Source of the DNA: a virus
IMG/VR virus record: IMGVR_UViG_3300009550_000009
Length of the DNA: 64,000 bases
Direction: 5' to 3' (one strand)
Shown: piece after piece, positions 24,801-33,912 of the stretch
Numbering within the stretch: the stretch's first letter is position 1
Layout of the letters: each line of letters begins with the position of its first letter
Notes under the pieces: model-generated
Told to the model about the DNA's origin: nothing
The model's database searches: none
Seen by the model: only the letters and a program-made list of their open reading frames with translations
Made by a program: the position numbers and the translations under genes

Positions 24801-26491
24801 CAACTGCAAATGTTCACTTTGATGGCGGAGTTGCTGTTGCAGCGACGATTTCAAATGGTGGAATTGGATATCAAGTTGGTGATATTGTAGGTATCTCAAC
24901 CAATCTTGGTATTAATGCAAGATTATCAGTGGCATCTATCGGAAATACAAGTGAACTTATACTTGAGAATATTCAAGGTGAATTTGCAACTGGAGCTGGA
25001 TCAACATTAATGTATGGAAATACACTTGGTAATGCAGGATTTGGTAGTGCAATCACAGGTAATGGTGGAGAGATTGGTGCATTTATTCCTGCGGGAACAA
25101 TATCAACTATAACTGATGGTTTACACATTATAGTTAATCACAAAAACCATGGAATGTATCACGAACAGAATAGAGTGATTATATCTGGAGTTGAAAGTGA
25201 TATATTACCATCTAAATTATCTGTTGATTACGCAATAGATTCTACAGATGATATAACTGTTGACAGTTCAACTGTGTATGGTAATTTTGAAAATGTTGGT
25301 GTTGCATCTACTAATCCCGGATATGTTAAGATTGGAAATGAAATTATTAGATATGAAGGTGTATCTGGTAATACATTAACTGGTATTACAAGGCAACAAG
25401 ATTCAACTCTTGCTGCAAATTACACATCAGGATTATTAGTTGAAAAATATGAATTGAATGGCGTATCTTTACGTAGAATAAATCAAACTCATAATCTAGC
25501 AGATGTCACTGATTCAAATCCAATAACATTTGACTCGTATAAAATTAAATTGGATATGGGTTCAAATGGAATTGGTAGAACAAGCGTTACAACTTCAGAT
25601 TTCCCACCAAGATTATTCTTAAGTGGAACAAAATCATCCGGTGGTTCAAATATACGTGCAACACAAAACATGCCATTTGAAGTCATCACACCTATGGTTC
25701 AGAATGTTACTGTTCCCGGAACTTCTCTCAGTGCTAACTTGAGAACTGTAAGTGGAACAAGTGTGAATACAGGGTCTGGTCAAGGATCAGATACACCATT
25801 TATTGTTCAACCAACAGAAAGTATCGCTTTAAATCAAATCAATTATTTGAATTCACCTAGAATAATTGCATCAAGAGTAAATGAAATTAACAATGCAACC
25901 ATAACAGTATTACCGGGAGATCGGTCATTAAATATGACACTTGATCTATCAACCACTGATAGTCGTATATCTCCTTTTGTAGATACTGAAAGAATGAATA
26001 CAATTCTTACATCAAATAGAGTTGATAAATTAATTACTAACTTTACTGAAGATAGTCGAGTCGATACTCTTACTGAAGATCCATCATCATTCTTGTATAT
26101 TTCAAAAGAAAATACATTAGAAACATCTGCTACATCAATCAAGATTATACTTGATGCACATATTAATGAATATAATGATATAAGAGCGTTCTTCTCAATT
26201 AGCGAGAATCAGGGGTCAGAACCGATATTCATACCGTTCCCCGGTTTTGATAATTTAAATGAAAGAGGACAGGTGGTTGCACTTGATAAGAGTGATGGAA
26301 GACCAGATTCAAAAGTATCATTATCAGATGCTAGTGGATTTGCATCTGAAGAATTACAATATAAAGAGTATACATTCAGTATTACAGATCTACCCTCATT
26401 TAAATCATTTAGAATAAAATTATTAGGATCATCAACCAATCAAGCTTATGTTCCTAGATTCAGAAGTTTGAAGGTGATCGCTTTAGCATAA
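18899..26491 (+). CDS. VrlC-like (DUF4815) large virion structural protein
   Basis: NLNVSPYFDDF..VLFKPG..QARELT; APGADRLKI; RYRMQDI..LEYYTSL; GFFVDNF; DPLAQSF. Confidence 0.88.
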   Translation: MAQSTNLNVSPYFDDFNADDNYYKVLFKPGLPVQARELTGLQSILQDQISKFGQHIFKEGAKVIPGNTSYFKDYFCVEINNEYLGVTVESYIDQLIGRKIVGLTTGVTAVIVKILKSSDSERNNLTLYIKYHSSNVENNSGGLFDNGELLAADVDIISGPENSTFIPSGEAFASTVSTDSTSTGAAYSISEGVYFVRGTFVNVNSETILLSQYSNTPTGRIGLRVLEETVNSDEDSSLTDNSKGFNNFAAPGADRLKISCSLFFKGIDDLNDDDFVELASVRNGELRTRPTTSQYNILGDELARRTFAESGDYTVKPYSISVKESLNDDIGNNGVFFDGQSTDEGSIASEETGLYQVSAGRAFVKGYEIENIASTYLDFEKPRTEKTLANQRVNYNTGSTIRLNNQQGAPEVGIGNTFVVSLRDSRVNTLATADSSIEGNEIGVARVYDFALESGSYNTSNSKINEYDISLFDIQTFTTVTLNQAISLSTPAFIEGKYSGATGFLRSSTSTDALTIYDKSGELVVNEPLIINGIENSRIAVALTSFGMSDVKSLYAGPKLGNVGAGRSFVGDVIQKDEFIFGNALIKRSDLTTGLSTITSSNPEFPGKLKKGNLLKFGLGNNDPNFAKVTVVGTNDITVSGVTTVTGICDGGLPEGSDSLDTTLTDLTLITSPFAKSSDDNLFTEMPKKNISNVDLTRASLTIRKTFNVTINKTTDSLATAVDADTNETFLPFDEERYCLIRRVDGVTEVLTSDKFTFTNGGGTLQINNIGSDLSANQSATLIATLVKTNPKSKVKRKERINTLIVDKSRVAGAGIGGTTLNDGLTHGSFPFGTRVQDKKISLNTPDVIEVLGIYESTDTSNPSSPKVILSAIDGQTGRTEDLIVGEKMKGTQSGAVAIYAEKLSDAQISFVYLNDNRFKTGETINFQESNVGAIANTIDEPSKNISANFSFNTGQKNTIYDHGFISRKEDANQPSKKIKIYFENAYFEAADEGDITTANSYNGLDYGKDVQSFNGVRNTDLIDIRPRVSNYSVSESSRSPLEFFGRTFNTSGNSAANVLASDESILTDFSFYLGRIDRIFLTKYGKLTVQTGTPAENPDQPVPLDDSLEIASVTLPPYLYDVSQASLSFLKHKRYRMQDIRKLETRIRNLEYYTSLSLLETATSNLFVSDADGLNKFKSGFFVDNFTTFLTQESNIKIKNSIDTYNKEARPSHYTNSIDLVVGPVEGENTVSNGADPEGTNIKLTGTALTLDYSEVEFINQPFGTRTESVTPFLLNFWKGAIDLTPASDTWVDTVRLEAKVIEVEGNFAKTIKEAERTQGLDPQTGLTEMIWQGWQTVWTGTERNIRTNTRTEEVDRNVDVNSQRRIETSTLNTIQDTFTDNFRVGTSTRQGSRELITETYDQESLGDRTISKEVIPIMRSRNIAFEGKGFKPQTRVYGFFDGVNVTKHCVPKLLEINMKSGVFQVGETVTGTVTDGGINSARITFRVAVSNHKEGPYNSPTRVYATSPYTSTTGATQLETYSGAAGSVQLSGSGSVAIIPSTYSSTSTILNIDIISLSEQAQGAYFGQVTTDMVLKGNTSGAEAVITDVRLISDFSASVFGSFFIPDPNIPVNSRFETGKREFRLTDSQTNDIDSSTTVGSDVFEATGTLETVQENILSVRNAKRETLTSTQDRPARQFIGTDVNTEIIGTQPLRRVEEFDQDDPLAQSFFVSENSGVYITSCEVYFSAVDDNNVPVQLDIRTLKLGVPSQEVLPYSQILLDPDQITTSSNGSVATKFTFKSPVYLSPATEYAICMLSASAKYRVFISRIGENDLITDEFVSNQPTLGSLFKSQNASTWEPSQWEDLKFKLNRAQFVTSGSAEIYSPILGEGNAQIPKLLPDSLRLNSKKIRVGISSAFAAGIHPTLGNTIYQTVSNATGDFVGSAGIATGDLGVIRAGLGYTPASGNRGLIGIALTTITGSGRNATANVHFDGGVAVAATISNGGIGYQVGDIVGISTNLGINARLSVASIGNTSELILENIQGEFATGAGSTLMYGNTLGNAGFGSAITGNGGEIGAFIPAGTISTITDGLHIIVNHKNHGMYHEQNRVIISGVESDILPSKLSVDYAIDSTDDITVDSSTVYGNFENVGVASTNPGYVKIGNEIIRYEGVSGNTLTGITRQQDSTLAANYTSGLLVEKYELNGVSLRRINQTHNLADVTDSNPITFDSYKIKLDMGSNGIGRTSVTTSDFPPRLFLSGTKSSGGSNIRATQNMPFEVITPMVQNVTVPGTSLSANLRTVSGTSVNTGSGQGSDTPFIVQPTESIALNQINYLNSPRIIASRVNEINNATITVLPGDRSLNMTLDLSTTDSRISPFVDTERMNTILTSNRVDKLITNFTEDSRVDTLTEDPSSFLYISKENTLETSATSIKIILDAHINEYNDIRAFFSISENQGSEPIFIPFPGFDNLNERGQVVALDKSDGRPDSKVSLSDASGFASEELQYKEYTFSITDLPSFKSFRIKLLGSSTNQAYVPRFRSLKVIALA

Positions 26492-26715
26492 TGAGTTTTA
26501 TTAAAGTAAAAGATAATGAGCATTTAGTTAGAGATACTAATTCAAATTGCATCATTAATACAAACAAGTCTGAGTATGAGGAGTATCTATCTCGTCGTAA
26601 ACTCAAACAGTCTGAAAAAAATAAAATTGAAAATCTTGAAAAAGATGTATCTACTTTAAAAAATGATATTGGTGAAATAAAAGATCTCTTAAGGAGTTTA
26701 GTAAATGGCAACTAA
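26491..26715 (+). CDS. Small coiled-coil hypothetical protein
   Basis: LVRD..S..IIN motif and heptad C-terminus; translationally coupled. Confidence 0.75.
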   Translation: MSFIKVKDNEHLVRDTNSNCIINTNKSEYEEYLSRRKLKQSEKNKIENLEKDVSTLKNDIGEIKDLLRSLVNGN

Positions 26716-27130
26716 AAAGATAACATTTGATCCAGAGGCAGGAGTTGCATATCCATGCGATTTGATATTAAATGTTGGTGCAGATTTTAGTGCATCATTT
26801 CAAGTTGTTGATACTTCAAACACTGGTTTTAATTTTTCCACCACCAATTCAGTTGGTCTTGGGACAACGACTGGATGGACAGGATCATCTCAAATGACAA
26901 AGAGTGTTGCAGTTGGATCAACTGCTTTTCCTGATGCGACATTTAGTGTTGGAATTGATACTACTGCATCAGTTGGTTATGGATTTACAATATCATTAGG
27001 TTCAACTGCGACGAGAAGTATAAAGGCTGGAAGATATGTATATGATGTTTTAGTCGGTTCAGGATCGACTGTGTATAGAATTGTAGACGGTAACATCATC
27101 GTAAGAGGTGGTGTATCTTCCGCACCATAA
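26705..27130 (+). CDS. Putative virion structural protein (BppU-like Ig fold)
   Basis: GADFS..F; GRYVYDVLV; RIVDG.I.V..GV pattern. Confidence 0.65.
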   Translation: MATKKITFDPEAGVAYPCDLILNVGADFSASFQVVDTSNTGFNFSTTNSVGLGTTTGWTGSSQMTKSVAVGSTAFPDATFSVGIDTTASVGYGFTISLGSTATRSIKAGRYVYDVLVGSGSTVYRIVDGNIIVRGGVSSAP

Positions 27131-27133
27131 ATA
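27126..27133 (+). promoter_or_regulatory. Late promoter (CATAAATA)
   Basis: Upstream of g13. Confidence 0.7.
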
Positions 27134-27152
27134 TTGATAGAGGTATTGTGTA

Positions 27153-28001
27153 ATGGCTCAACCAACGAGTAGATCAACATTAATCGATTATTGCAAAAGG
27201 CAACTGGGTGCCCCAGTGCTTGAAATTAATGTTGCGGACGAACAAGTTGAAGACTTGTTAGATGATGCTCTTCAATTTTATCAGGAGAGACATTATGATG
27301 GTGTCATACAGACATACTTAAAGTATCAAATAAGACAAGTAGATGTAGATAGAGCAAGAGGTAGAAATGGAAATGACCCAGTAGGAATAGTTACAACATC
27401 AACGTCTACATCGATTGTTGGTGTAACAACTACTTTTACCTTTGAAGAGGATAGTAATTATCTTGAGATGCCATCTTCAGTTATTGGAGTAAATAAACTT
27501 TTTCACTTTGATGGATCTAACACAGTTACCAATAATATGTTCAGTGTTAAGTATCAATTGTTTTTAAATGATGTTGCATTTAATTTAGGATATGCTGGCA
27601 TATTGAACTATGCAATGACAAAAAGGTATCTTGAAGATATTAATTTTGCCCTTACAACAGAAAAACAAATAAGGTTTAATCAAAGACAAGATCGTTTATA
27701 TATGGATATAGATTTTGCAAGTGTTGATGTTGGTGATTTTATTATCATTGATTGTTTTAGAATAATTGATCCGGATGATTTTACTGGTGTTTACAATGAT
27801 TACTTTTTAAAAAGATATTTGACAGCGTTAATGAAAAGGCAGTGGGGTCAAAACCTTATTAAGTTTCAAGGTGTTAAATTACCCGGTGGTATAGAATTGA
27901 ATGGAAGACAAATATATGATGATGGTCAAAGAGAACTTGATGTCATAAGAGAGCAAATGTCAAATACTTACGAACTTCCTCCATTAGATTTTATAGGTTA
28001 A
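27153..28001 (+). CDS. gp13: Neck protein gp13
   Basis: YCKRQLGAPVLEINV; KRQWGQNLIKFQGVKLPGG. Confidence 0.95.
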   Translation: MAQPTSRSTLIDYCKRQLGAPVLEINVADEQVEDLLDDALQFYQERHYDGVIQTYLKYQIRQVDVDRARGRNGNDPVGIVTTSTSTSIVGVTTTFTFEEDSNYLEMPSSVIGVNKLFHFDGSNTVTNNMFSVKYQLFLNDVAFNLGYAGILNYAMTKRYLEDINFALTTEKQIRFNQRQDRLYMDIDFASVDVGDFIIIDCFRIIDPDDFTGVYNDYFLKRYLTALMKRQWGQNLIKFQGVKLPGGIELNGRQIYDDGQRELDVIREQMSNTYELPPLDFIG

Positions 28002-28005
28002 TGAT

Positions 28006-29433
28006 ATGGTGCTCAATCCGTTTTTTCAACAAGGATCTAAAGGCGAACAAAATTTAGTTCAATCATTAATTAATGAGCAACTACAAATGTATGGAGTGAA
28101 TGTTCACTACATGCCACGAAAGTATGCGAAAACAAATACAATCATTAAAGAAGTAATAGAATCAAAGTTTGATGATGCGTATCCTATTGAGGCTTACGTT
28201 GAGTCTTTTGACGGTTATGGTGACAATCCCACCTTGCTTTCTAAATTTGGAATACAGCAAACTAATGAATTAACATTAACTATTTCAAGAGAGAGATTTG
28301 AAACGTATATATCCCCTTTAATAAAAAATGAAGAAAATATCAAACTATCAACAAGACCAAAAGAGGGTGATTTAATTTATTTTCCTCTAGGTGATCGATT
28401 ATTTGAGATTAAATATGTAGAACATGAGCAACCTTTTTATCAATTACGTGATACTTATGTTTATACTCTTCGTTGCGAACTCTTCCGTTATGAGGATGAA
28501 GTCATCGATACTGGAGTTGGTGAGATAGATGATACACTTGCTGCAACAGAGGGTGTTGATGGTGAAGATTTTATCATAGGTGGAACACAAGTTTTAACAT
28601 TAGTCGGAACAGCATCAAGTGCATCTGCGGTAACTACTGTAGTGAACGGTGGTATTCAATTTATTGATATAACAAATCGTGGTAGAAATTATTTGTTTGC
28701 ACCTAGAGTTGCTATTTCTTCAGCACCTACTGGTGGTGTGACAGGTATTGCGACTGCTAATTTAAGAAGTGGTATCGTTGTTTGCACGGGTGCAGCAGAG
28801 GCATCAAATTTAAAAGCATCAGTCGTTCAAACAATAAATCTAGTAAATCCCGGATCAGGATATACAACTGGGCCTGATATACAAATATTTGGTGGTGATG
28901 GTGTAGGTGCTGCTGCAACTGCTGGAATGGCAAATGGAACTATTGGTATTGTAACTATAACAGGTGGTGGTTCCGGATATACAACAACACCAACAATTAC
29001 TTTCACAGGACTATCAACAGTATCTGCTGCTGCAACTGCGATCGTATCAACTGCAGGAACCATAAGTGCAATTCATATAACAAATGCTGGTGCTGGATAC
29101 TCAACACCTCCAACAATTGCAATTGATCCTCCTGCTGCAAATGATGCATCTGGTAATTTCCAGTTTAATGAGATAATCACAGGTGGAACAAGTGGAGCAA
29201 CCGCAAGAGTAAGAAAATGGAATTCTGTGACAAGTGAATTAGATATATCAAATGTAGAAGGGACGTTCCAAAGAAAAGAAACAGTCACTGGTGGAACTTC
29301 AGGTGCAGTTCATACAATTCGACTTATAGATCTTACAAACTTTGATGATGGGTTTGGTGATAATGATGACTTTGAAACTGAAGCAGATGCGATTATCGAC
29401 TTCTCTGAGGGCAATCCTTTTGGGCAACCATAA
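28006..29433 (+). CDS. gp14: Neck protein gp14 with internal Gly/Thr-rich repeats
   Basis: LNPFF; LLSKFG; RPKEGDLIYFP; IDFSEGNPFG C-terminus. Confidence 0.93.
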   Translation: MVLNPFFQQGSKGEQNLVQSLINEQLQMYGVNVHYMPRKYAKTNTIIKEVIESKFDDAYPIEAYVESFDGYGDNPTLLSKFGIQQTNELTLTISRERFETYISPLIKNEENIKLSTRPKEGDLIYFPLGDRLFEIKYVEHEQPFYQLRDTYVYTLRCELFRYEDEVIDTGVGEIDDTLAATEGVDGEDFIIGGTQVLTLVGTASSASAVTTVVNGGIQFIDITNRGRNYLFAPRVAISSAPTGGVTGIATANLRSGIVVCTGAAEASNLKASVVQTINLVNPGSGYTTGPDIQIFGGDGVGAAATAGMANGTIGIVTITGGGSGYTTTPTITFTGLSTVSAAATAIVSTAGTISAIHITNAGAGYSTPPTIAIDPPAANDASGNFQFNEIITGGTSGATARVRKWNSVTSELDISNVEGTFQRKETVTGGTSGAVHTIRLIDLTNFDDGFGDNDDFETEADAIIDFSEGNPFGQP

Positions 29434-29436
29434 ATA
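29429..29436 (+). promoter_or_regulatory. Late promoter (CATAAATA)
   Basis: Upstream of g15. Confidence 0.7.
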
Positions 29437-29455
29437 ATATCGTATAGGTGCAAAA

Positions 29456-30481
29456 ATGTTTGAGTATTTTTACAACGAAATATTAAGAAAAACAATTATT
29501 TCATTTGGAACGTTGTTTAATGATCTCTCCATTAAACATACAGATTCTGATGGAAATAAATCAGTAACAAAAGTTCCATTGGCATACGGGCCAATTCAAA
29601 AATTTCTAGCGAGATTGGAACAAGCACCAGATTTAAATAAGTCAACAGCAATGACATTACCAAGAATGTCATTTGAATTTAATGGACTTACTTATGATTC
29701 AAGTAGAAAAGTTACAACAACACAACAACTTACTGTTAAAGATCCAAATACTGATACAGTAACTAAAAAAGTTTTCATGCCTGTCCCCTACAATATGGCA
29801 TTTGAACTTAACGTAATGACAAAACTAAATGATGATGCACTTCAGATTGTTGAGCAAATACTTCCATTCTTTCAACCATCATATAACGTTACAGTCAATC
29901 TTCTTTCTGAAATAAATGAAAAAAGAGATATACCTGTTGTTTTAGAGAGTGTTACATTTCAAGATGAATATGAAGGAGATTATACTTCAAGAAGAGTTTT
30001 ATATTACACACTAAGATTCACAGCAAAAACTTACTTGTTTGGCCCTGTTACAACAGCGACTGCAGATATCATTAAATCTACATCCATCCGTTATCTTGCT
30101 GGTGGAGCACGAAGTCTTGAGAGAGATATTACTTACTCAGTTACACCGAGAGCAATTAAAGATTATACTGGCGATGTAATAACAAATCTTGCAGAAGATA
30201 TAGACGGAGTTCAAACAACATTTAAGGTTGATAATACCACCAATCTAAAGACAGACTTTTATGTTGTTATAGATAATGAAGAGATGTTTGTAAAATCTAT
30301 CTCCACCTCATCAAGCAAAATCACTGTTAGAAGAGGTCAAGATAAAACTTTACCCACATCACATGTTAGAGGTAGTGACATTTTAGGCATTGATTATACT
30401 CAAAATGCAGAAGGTGTTGGTGTCGATAGCGCAATTATCCCGATGGGAGATGACTTTGGATTTACTGGAATCAGCACATGA
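29456..30481 (+). CDS. gp15: Tail sheath stabilizer / tail terminator gp15
   Basis: YFYNEILRK..FGTLFN; VPLAYGP; LPRMSFE; QILPFFQP. Confidence 0.95.
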   Translation: MFEYFYNEILRKTIISFGTLFNDLSIKHTDSDGNKSVTKVPLAYGPIQKFLARLEQAPDLNKSTAMTLPRMSFEFNGLTYDSSRKVTTTQQLTVKDPNTDTVTKKVFMPVPYNMAFELNVMTKLNDDALQIVEQILPFFQPSYNVTVNLLSEINEKRDIPVVLESVTFQDEYEGDYTSRRVLYYTLRFTAKTYLFGPVTTATADIIKSTSIRYLAGGARSLERDITYSVTPRAIKDYTGDVITNLAEDIDGVQTTFKVDNTTNLKTDFYVVIDNEEMFVKSISTSSSKITVRRGQDKTLPTSHVRGSDILGIDYTQNAEGVGVDSAIIPMGDDFGFTGIST

Positions 30482-30921
30482 AAACCTCGAAATTTGACAA
30501 CTTAAATGATGCATTTAACGTAGAGTCAATATCTCCAGACAAGATAATTCAATCGACAGAAGATACGCAGATAATTAAAAAAGATGTATTAGATAGTGTT
30601 AACGAAGATATAAAAAAAGATTACAAATATACAAGAGGTCAGTTATATTCTATAATCGAAAAGGGACAGGAGGCTATTAATGGAATACTTGAGTTAGCGC
30701 AAGAAAGTGAGATGCCAAGAGCGTATGAAGTTGCAGGACAATTAATCAAAAACGTATCTGATGCAACAGATAAATTAATGGATCTTCAGAAAAAACTCAA
30801 GGATGTGAATAAAGAAGAGGAACAGAAGGGGCCATCGACAGTCAATAACGCTTTGTTTGTTGGATCAACATCAGAGTTATCTAAACTGTTAAAGTCTGAA
30901 ATCGATAAGGGTAATAAATAA
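30478..30921 (+). CDS. gp16: Terminase small subunit gp16
   Basis: DYKYTRGQLY; PRAYEV; NNALFVGSTSEL. Confidence 0.93.
   Translation: MKTSKFDNLNDAFNVESISPDKIIQSTEDTQIIKKDVLDSVNEDIKKDYKYTRGQLYSIIEKGQEAINGILELAQESEMPRAYEVAGQLIKNVSDATDKLMDLQKKLKDVNKEEEQKGPSTVNNALFVGSTSELSKLLKSEIDKGNK
30913..30920 (+). promoter_or_regulatory. Late promoter (AATAAATA)
   Basis: Upstream of the 644-aa ORF. Confidence 0.6.
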
Positions 30922-30960
30922 ATCAGGGAGAGGAATCCCGAAGTAATATTTACTCATACA

Positions 30961-32895
30961 ATGTCGGATAAACTACCGTCAATAGAAGATTTCACCATTG
31001 TTGGTGATCTTCCATCAGTTGACGACTTAATAACTGAAGAAAAATTACCCTCATTGGACGAGTTCATTGAGAAAGAGGACGAAGATGAAGTAGAAGATAC
31101 TGCACCGTGTTCTATAGAAGAGAATATAACAGAGAAAGAAAAACAAGATTTAACAGAGATTTTACGTCTTATAAATGACGTAAGAAAAGATATTCCTGAG
31201 ATTCCAGAGATAAAATCTTATGATGAAGAATTACAAAAGATATCAGAAAATATAGAAGAAGTCAGATCAGAGATTCCTGAAATTCCTGAAGTTAAATATT
31301 ATGACAATGAGATAGAAACTGTTCACAAATTACTTGATGATTTAAAAGAAGAGATAAATCGAAACGCTGCCGATATACCTGAAATTAAATATTATGATGA
31401 GCAGATTAATGAATTAGATGAAAAAATAAAAAATCTGCCAGAGATAAAACATTATGACAGTGATTTAACTTCTTTGAAAGAAGATATCATTGCAGTTAAA
31501 GAATCTATACCAGTATTTCCTAAATGGGTAAATGAAGTTAATGAAGTCCCTGATTTTTCATGGATTGGAAAAACATTTAGTGTCATTGATGATGATTTTG
31601 TAAAAGTAAATGATGGAATGGATTCGATAAAAAATCGAATCAATAGAGAAGTTCAAGAAATTGCGGAAACATTTGAAGTTAAGGAATTTGAAAATAAAAT
31701 AGAAGTAGAAAAAATTACAAAAAATTTAAAAGAGACTAAAGATAAAATTTTCAAAGAACTAAGAGAAGCGGCTTTAAAGATATGGGATCACCATCACGAA
31801 TTTAAAGATGATGATCGTAAATTAAAAAAACAAATACTTAGTCATTATAATGCTTTAAAACAGAAAGTAGATAGTGAAGTTAAAGAATTTAATCGTAAAA
31901 ATTTAGAAACAAAAGATTTATCAAAAGGATACTTTGATACATTAGCAGAAGAAATATCTAATCTTCCCATTCCAAAATATTATGATGATAATATTAAAAA
32001 TATAGAAAAAGATGTTATTAAATTAAATAATCATCATGATTATAATACAACTAATATAACAGAGTTATATAAAATAGTTGAAGAATTAAAAGAAAAACAA
32101 GAGATATTAAAAGAGGAAGTAAATACTAGACCTATTCAGCCAGATCCAAGTGAAGATAATGCAGATCCTCTTACACCAACCAATCAAAATTTTGCAACTC
32201 ATGAAGATTTAGCAGAACATTATAAACTGTTCGTAAACAGAATCCAACAACAATTATATACGATTGGTGGTGGTGGTGCAGGATTTATAAAAGATTTAGA
32301 TGATGTTACTTTTGATAGTGGAATAGGCACAAATAAATTATTAATTTATAATGGAAATAAATGGGTTGGTATTGCCAGCACAGCTTTAATAGGAAATATA
32401 TCTGAAGTATCAGGTAATTTTAACGTTGCAGGAAACATAACTGGAACAGCAGCCACATTTACTGGAAACGTTACGGTTGGTGGAACTATCACATATGATG
32501 ATGTAACATTTTTAGATTCGGTAGGAGTTGCAACTGCTAGAAGTGGTTTAGATGTTGGTGGTGGAAGTATCACTCCGATTATATCAATTCAAGCAGCAAC
32601 TGATACAACTACAACCACATCAGTATCTACAATTGATAGTTTCAGCAAATCAACGTTTAGATCAGCTCAATATCAAATACAAATAACACAGGGATCTAAT
32701 TATCATGTTACAACTTTGAATGTTTTACATGACGGGTCAACAGTGTTTTTAAATGAGTTTGGAACGATAAGGACAGGTGCATCTCTTGCATCTTTTGATG
32801 CTGATATTAGTTCTGATAATGTAAGAGTTAGAGCAACTCCAACTACGGATTCATCCACTGTTTTTAAATTAACAAAAACCCTAACTAGAGTATGA
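30961..32895 (+). CDS. Repeat-containing coiled-coil protein with C-terminal fibre/structural domain
   Basis: LPSx(D/E)(D/E) x3, PEIPE(I/V)KYYD-like x5, GGGGAG hinge, IDSF..FRSAQYQIQ C-terminal domain. Confidence 0.75.
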   Translation: MSDKLPSIEDFTIVGDLPSVDDLITEEKLPSLDEFIEKEDEDEVEDTAPCSIEENITEKEKQDLTEILRLINDVRKDIPEIPEIKSYDEELQKISENIEEVRSEIPEIPEVKYYDNEIETVHKLLDDLKEEINRNAADIPEIKYYDEQINELDEKIKNLPEIKHYDSDLTSLKEDIIAVKESIPVFPKWVNEVNEVPDFSWIGKTFSVIDDDFVKVNDGMDSIKNRINREVQEIAETFEVKEFENKIEVEKITKNLKETKDKIFKELREAALKIWDHHHEFKDDDRKLKKQILSHYNALKQKVDSEVKEFNRKNLETKDLSKGYFDTLAEEISNLPIPKYYDDNIKNIEKDVIKLNNHHDYNTTNITELYKIVEELKEKQEILKEEVNTRPIQPDPSEDNADPLTPTNQNFATHEDLAEHYKLFVNRIQQQLYTIGGGGAGFIKDLDDVTFDSGIGTNKLLIYNGNKWVGIASTALIGNISEVSGNFNVAGNITGTAATFTGNVTVGGTITYDDVTFLDSVGVATARSGLDVGGGSITPIISIQAATDTTTTTSVSTIDSFSKSTFRSAQYQIQITQGSNYHVTTLNVLHDGSTVFLNEFGTIRTGASLASFDADISSDNVRVRATPTTDSSTVFKLTKTLTRV

Positions 32896-33251
32896 AGACT
32901 TTTAAGGAATTCTTACAAGAGCAACCAACAATGTCGGGGGGAAATCCTCAAGCATATAGTCAGGATGCTGATGATAGTGGCCCTGTTGCCGGTCATGATA
33001 AAAGACTATTTCCTCAAGATATAGATCTTTTAGATCAAGGATTCCAAACTGCTGCAGAGACTGGAGAAAATCGTTATAACACATTTTCAAATGTGTATCC
33101 AGTTATGAGAGTATCGCTTTCAAATAATCAAGGTGATGGGCCTTCAATAGATAGTATGGTTGCAGCATCAAAGAAATTTGTTAATATAGAGGCAGCAAAA
33201 ACTGCAGAAAGAATTAAAAAAACCTATCAACAATTCATGGGATACAGATGA
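32892..33251 (+). CDS. Hypothetical protein with T4 capsid-targeting-like N-terminus (MKTFKEFLQE)
   Basis: ORF coupled on both sides; N-terminal motif. Confidence 0.75.
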   Translation: MKTFKEFLQEQPTMSGGNPQAYSQDADDSGPVAGHDKRLFPQDIDLLDQGFQTAAETGENRYNTFSNVYPVMRVSLSNNQGDGPSIDSMVAASKKFVNIEAAKTAERIKKTYQQFMGYR

Positions 33252-33892
33252 AAAGTTTAGATCGTTTTATAGAAGAGGCAGCAAAAAGTGTCTCTCCAAA
33301 AAAATGTCCACCCGGATCATATTATTGTTTTGATGAGAAAAAATGCAAAAAAATACCCGGAGGATACCACGTTGGTAGAGGTGGGTTTTTAGAACCTGAC
33401 TCTAAAAAGAAAAATGGAAATGGAGGTAACGGTAATGGAAACGGAAATGGCAATGGAAATGGCAACGGAAATGGATCTGGAAATGGTAATGGCTCTGGTA
33501 ATGGTGGGAACGGCGGCTCTGGTAATGGTGGGGGTGGCGGCGGTGGAATTGGCGAGGAGGTAGTAAACTTACCACTTCATGTTATAATTCCAAAATCTCA
33601 AGTTGAATTTAATCTAGGACTCATGTTTAAAGAGAGTTTAGATCAAGATACGGGAATGTTGTTCATATTTAAAGAGAATGGTGAAAAATATTTTCATATG
33701 AAAAATACAGTCATTCCTTTAGATGTTGCTTTTATTGACGAGCAAGGTTATGTTGCTAATATCAAAGAATTATATCCTTTAAAAACAACTGTAATTCCAT
33801 CAGAATGTAATGCCAGATATGCTCTTGAAGTTAATCGTGGTTGGTTTGAAAGAAATAATGTGAAAATAGGGGATAAAGTTTTAGATATATAA
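33248..33892 (+). CDS. DUF192-family protein with N-terminal Cys motif and Gly-Asn linker
   Basis: GLMF..GMLFIF..FHMKNT.IPLDVAFID..YALEVNRGWF..I..GD is the DUF192 pattern. Confidence 0.8.
   Translation: MKSLDRFIEEAAKSVSPKKCPPGSYYCFDEKKCKKIPGGYHVGRGGFLEPDSKKKNGNGGNGNGNGNGNGNGNGNGSGNGNGSGNGGNGGSGNGGGGGGGIGEEVVNLPLHVIIPKSQVEFNLGLMFKESLDQDTGMLFIFKENGEKYFHMKNTVIPLDVAFIDEQGYVANIKELYPLKTTVIPSECNARYALEVNRGWFERNNVKIGDKVLDI
33411..33552 (+). repeat. Low-complexity (Gly-Asn)n / poly-Gly coding repeat
   Basis: GGNAAY-type 6-nt units encoding NGNGGNGNGNG...GGGGG. Confidence 0.9.
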
Positions 33893-33912
33893 TATATCGA
33901 TCATGTATTTGA

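Noticed and set aside
30923-30941. Small GGGA/TCCC hairpin after the late promoter
   Set aside because: Only a 4-6 bp stem; insufficient to call an ncRNA or terminator
33411-33552. CRISPR array or DGR-type repeat
   Set aside because: Simple coding Gly-Asn repeat with no repeat-spacer structure and no reverse transcriptase or cas gene in the window
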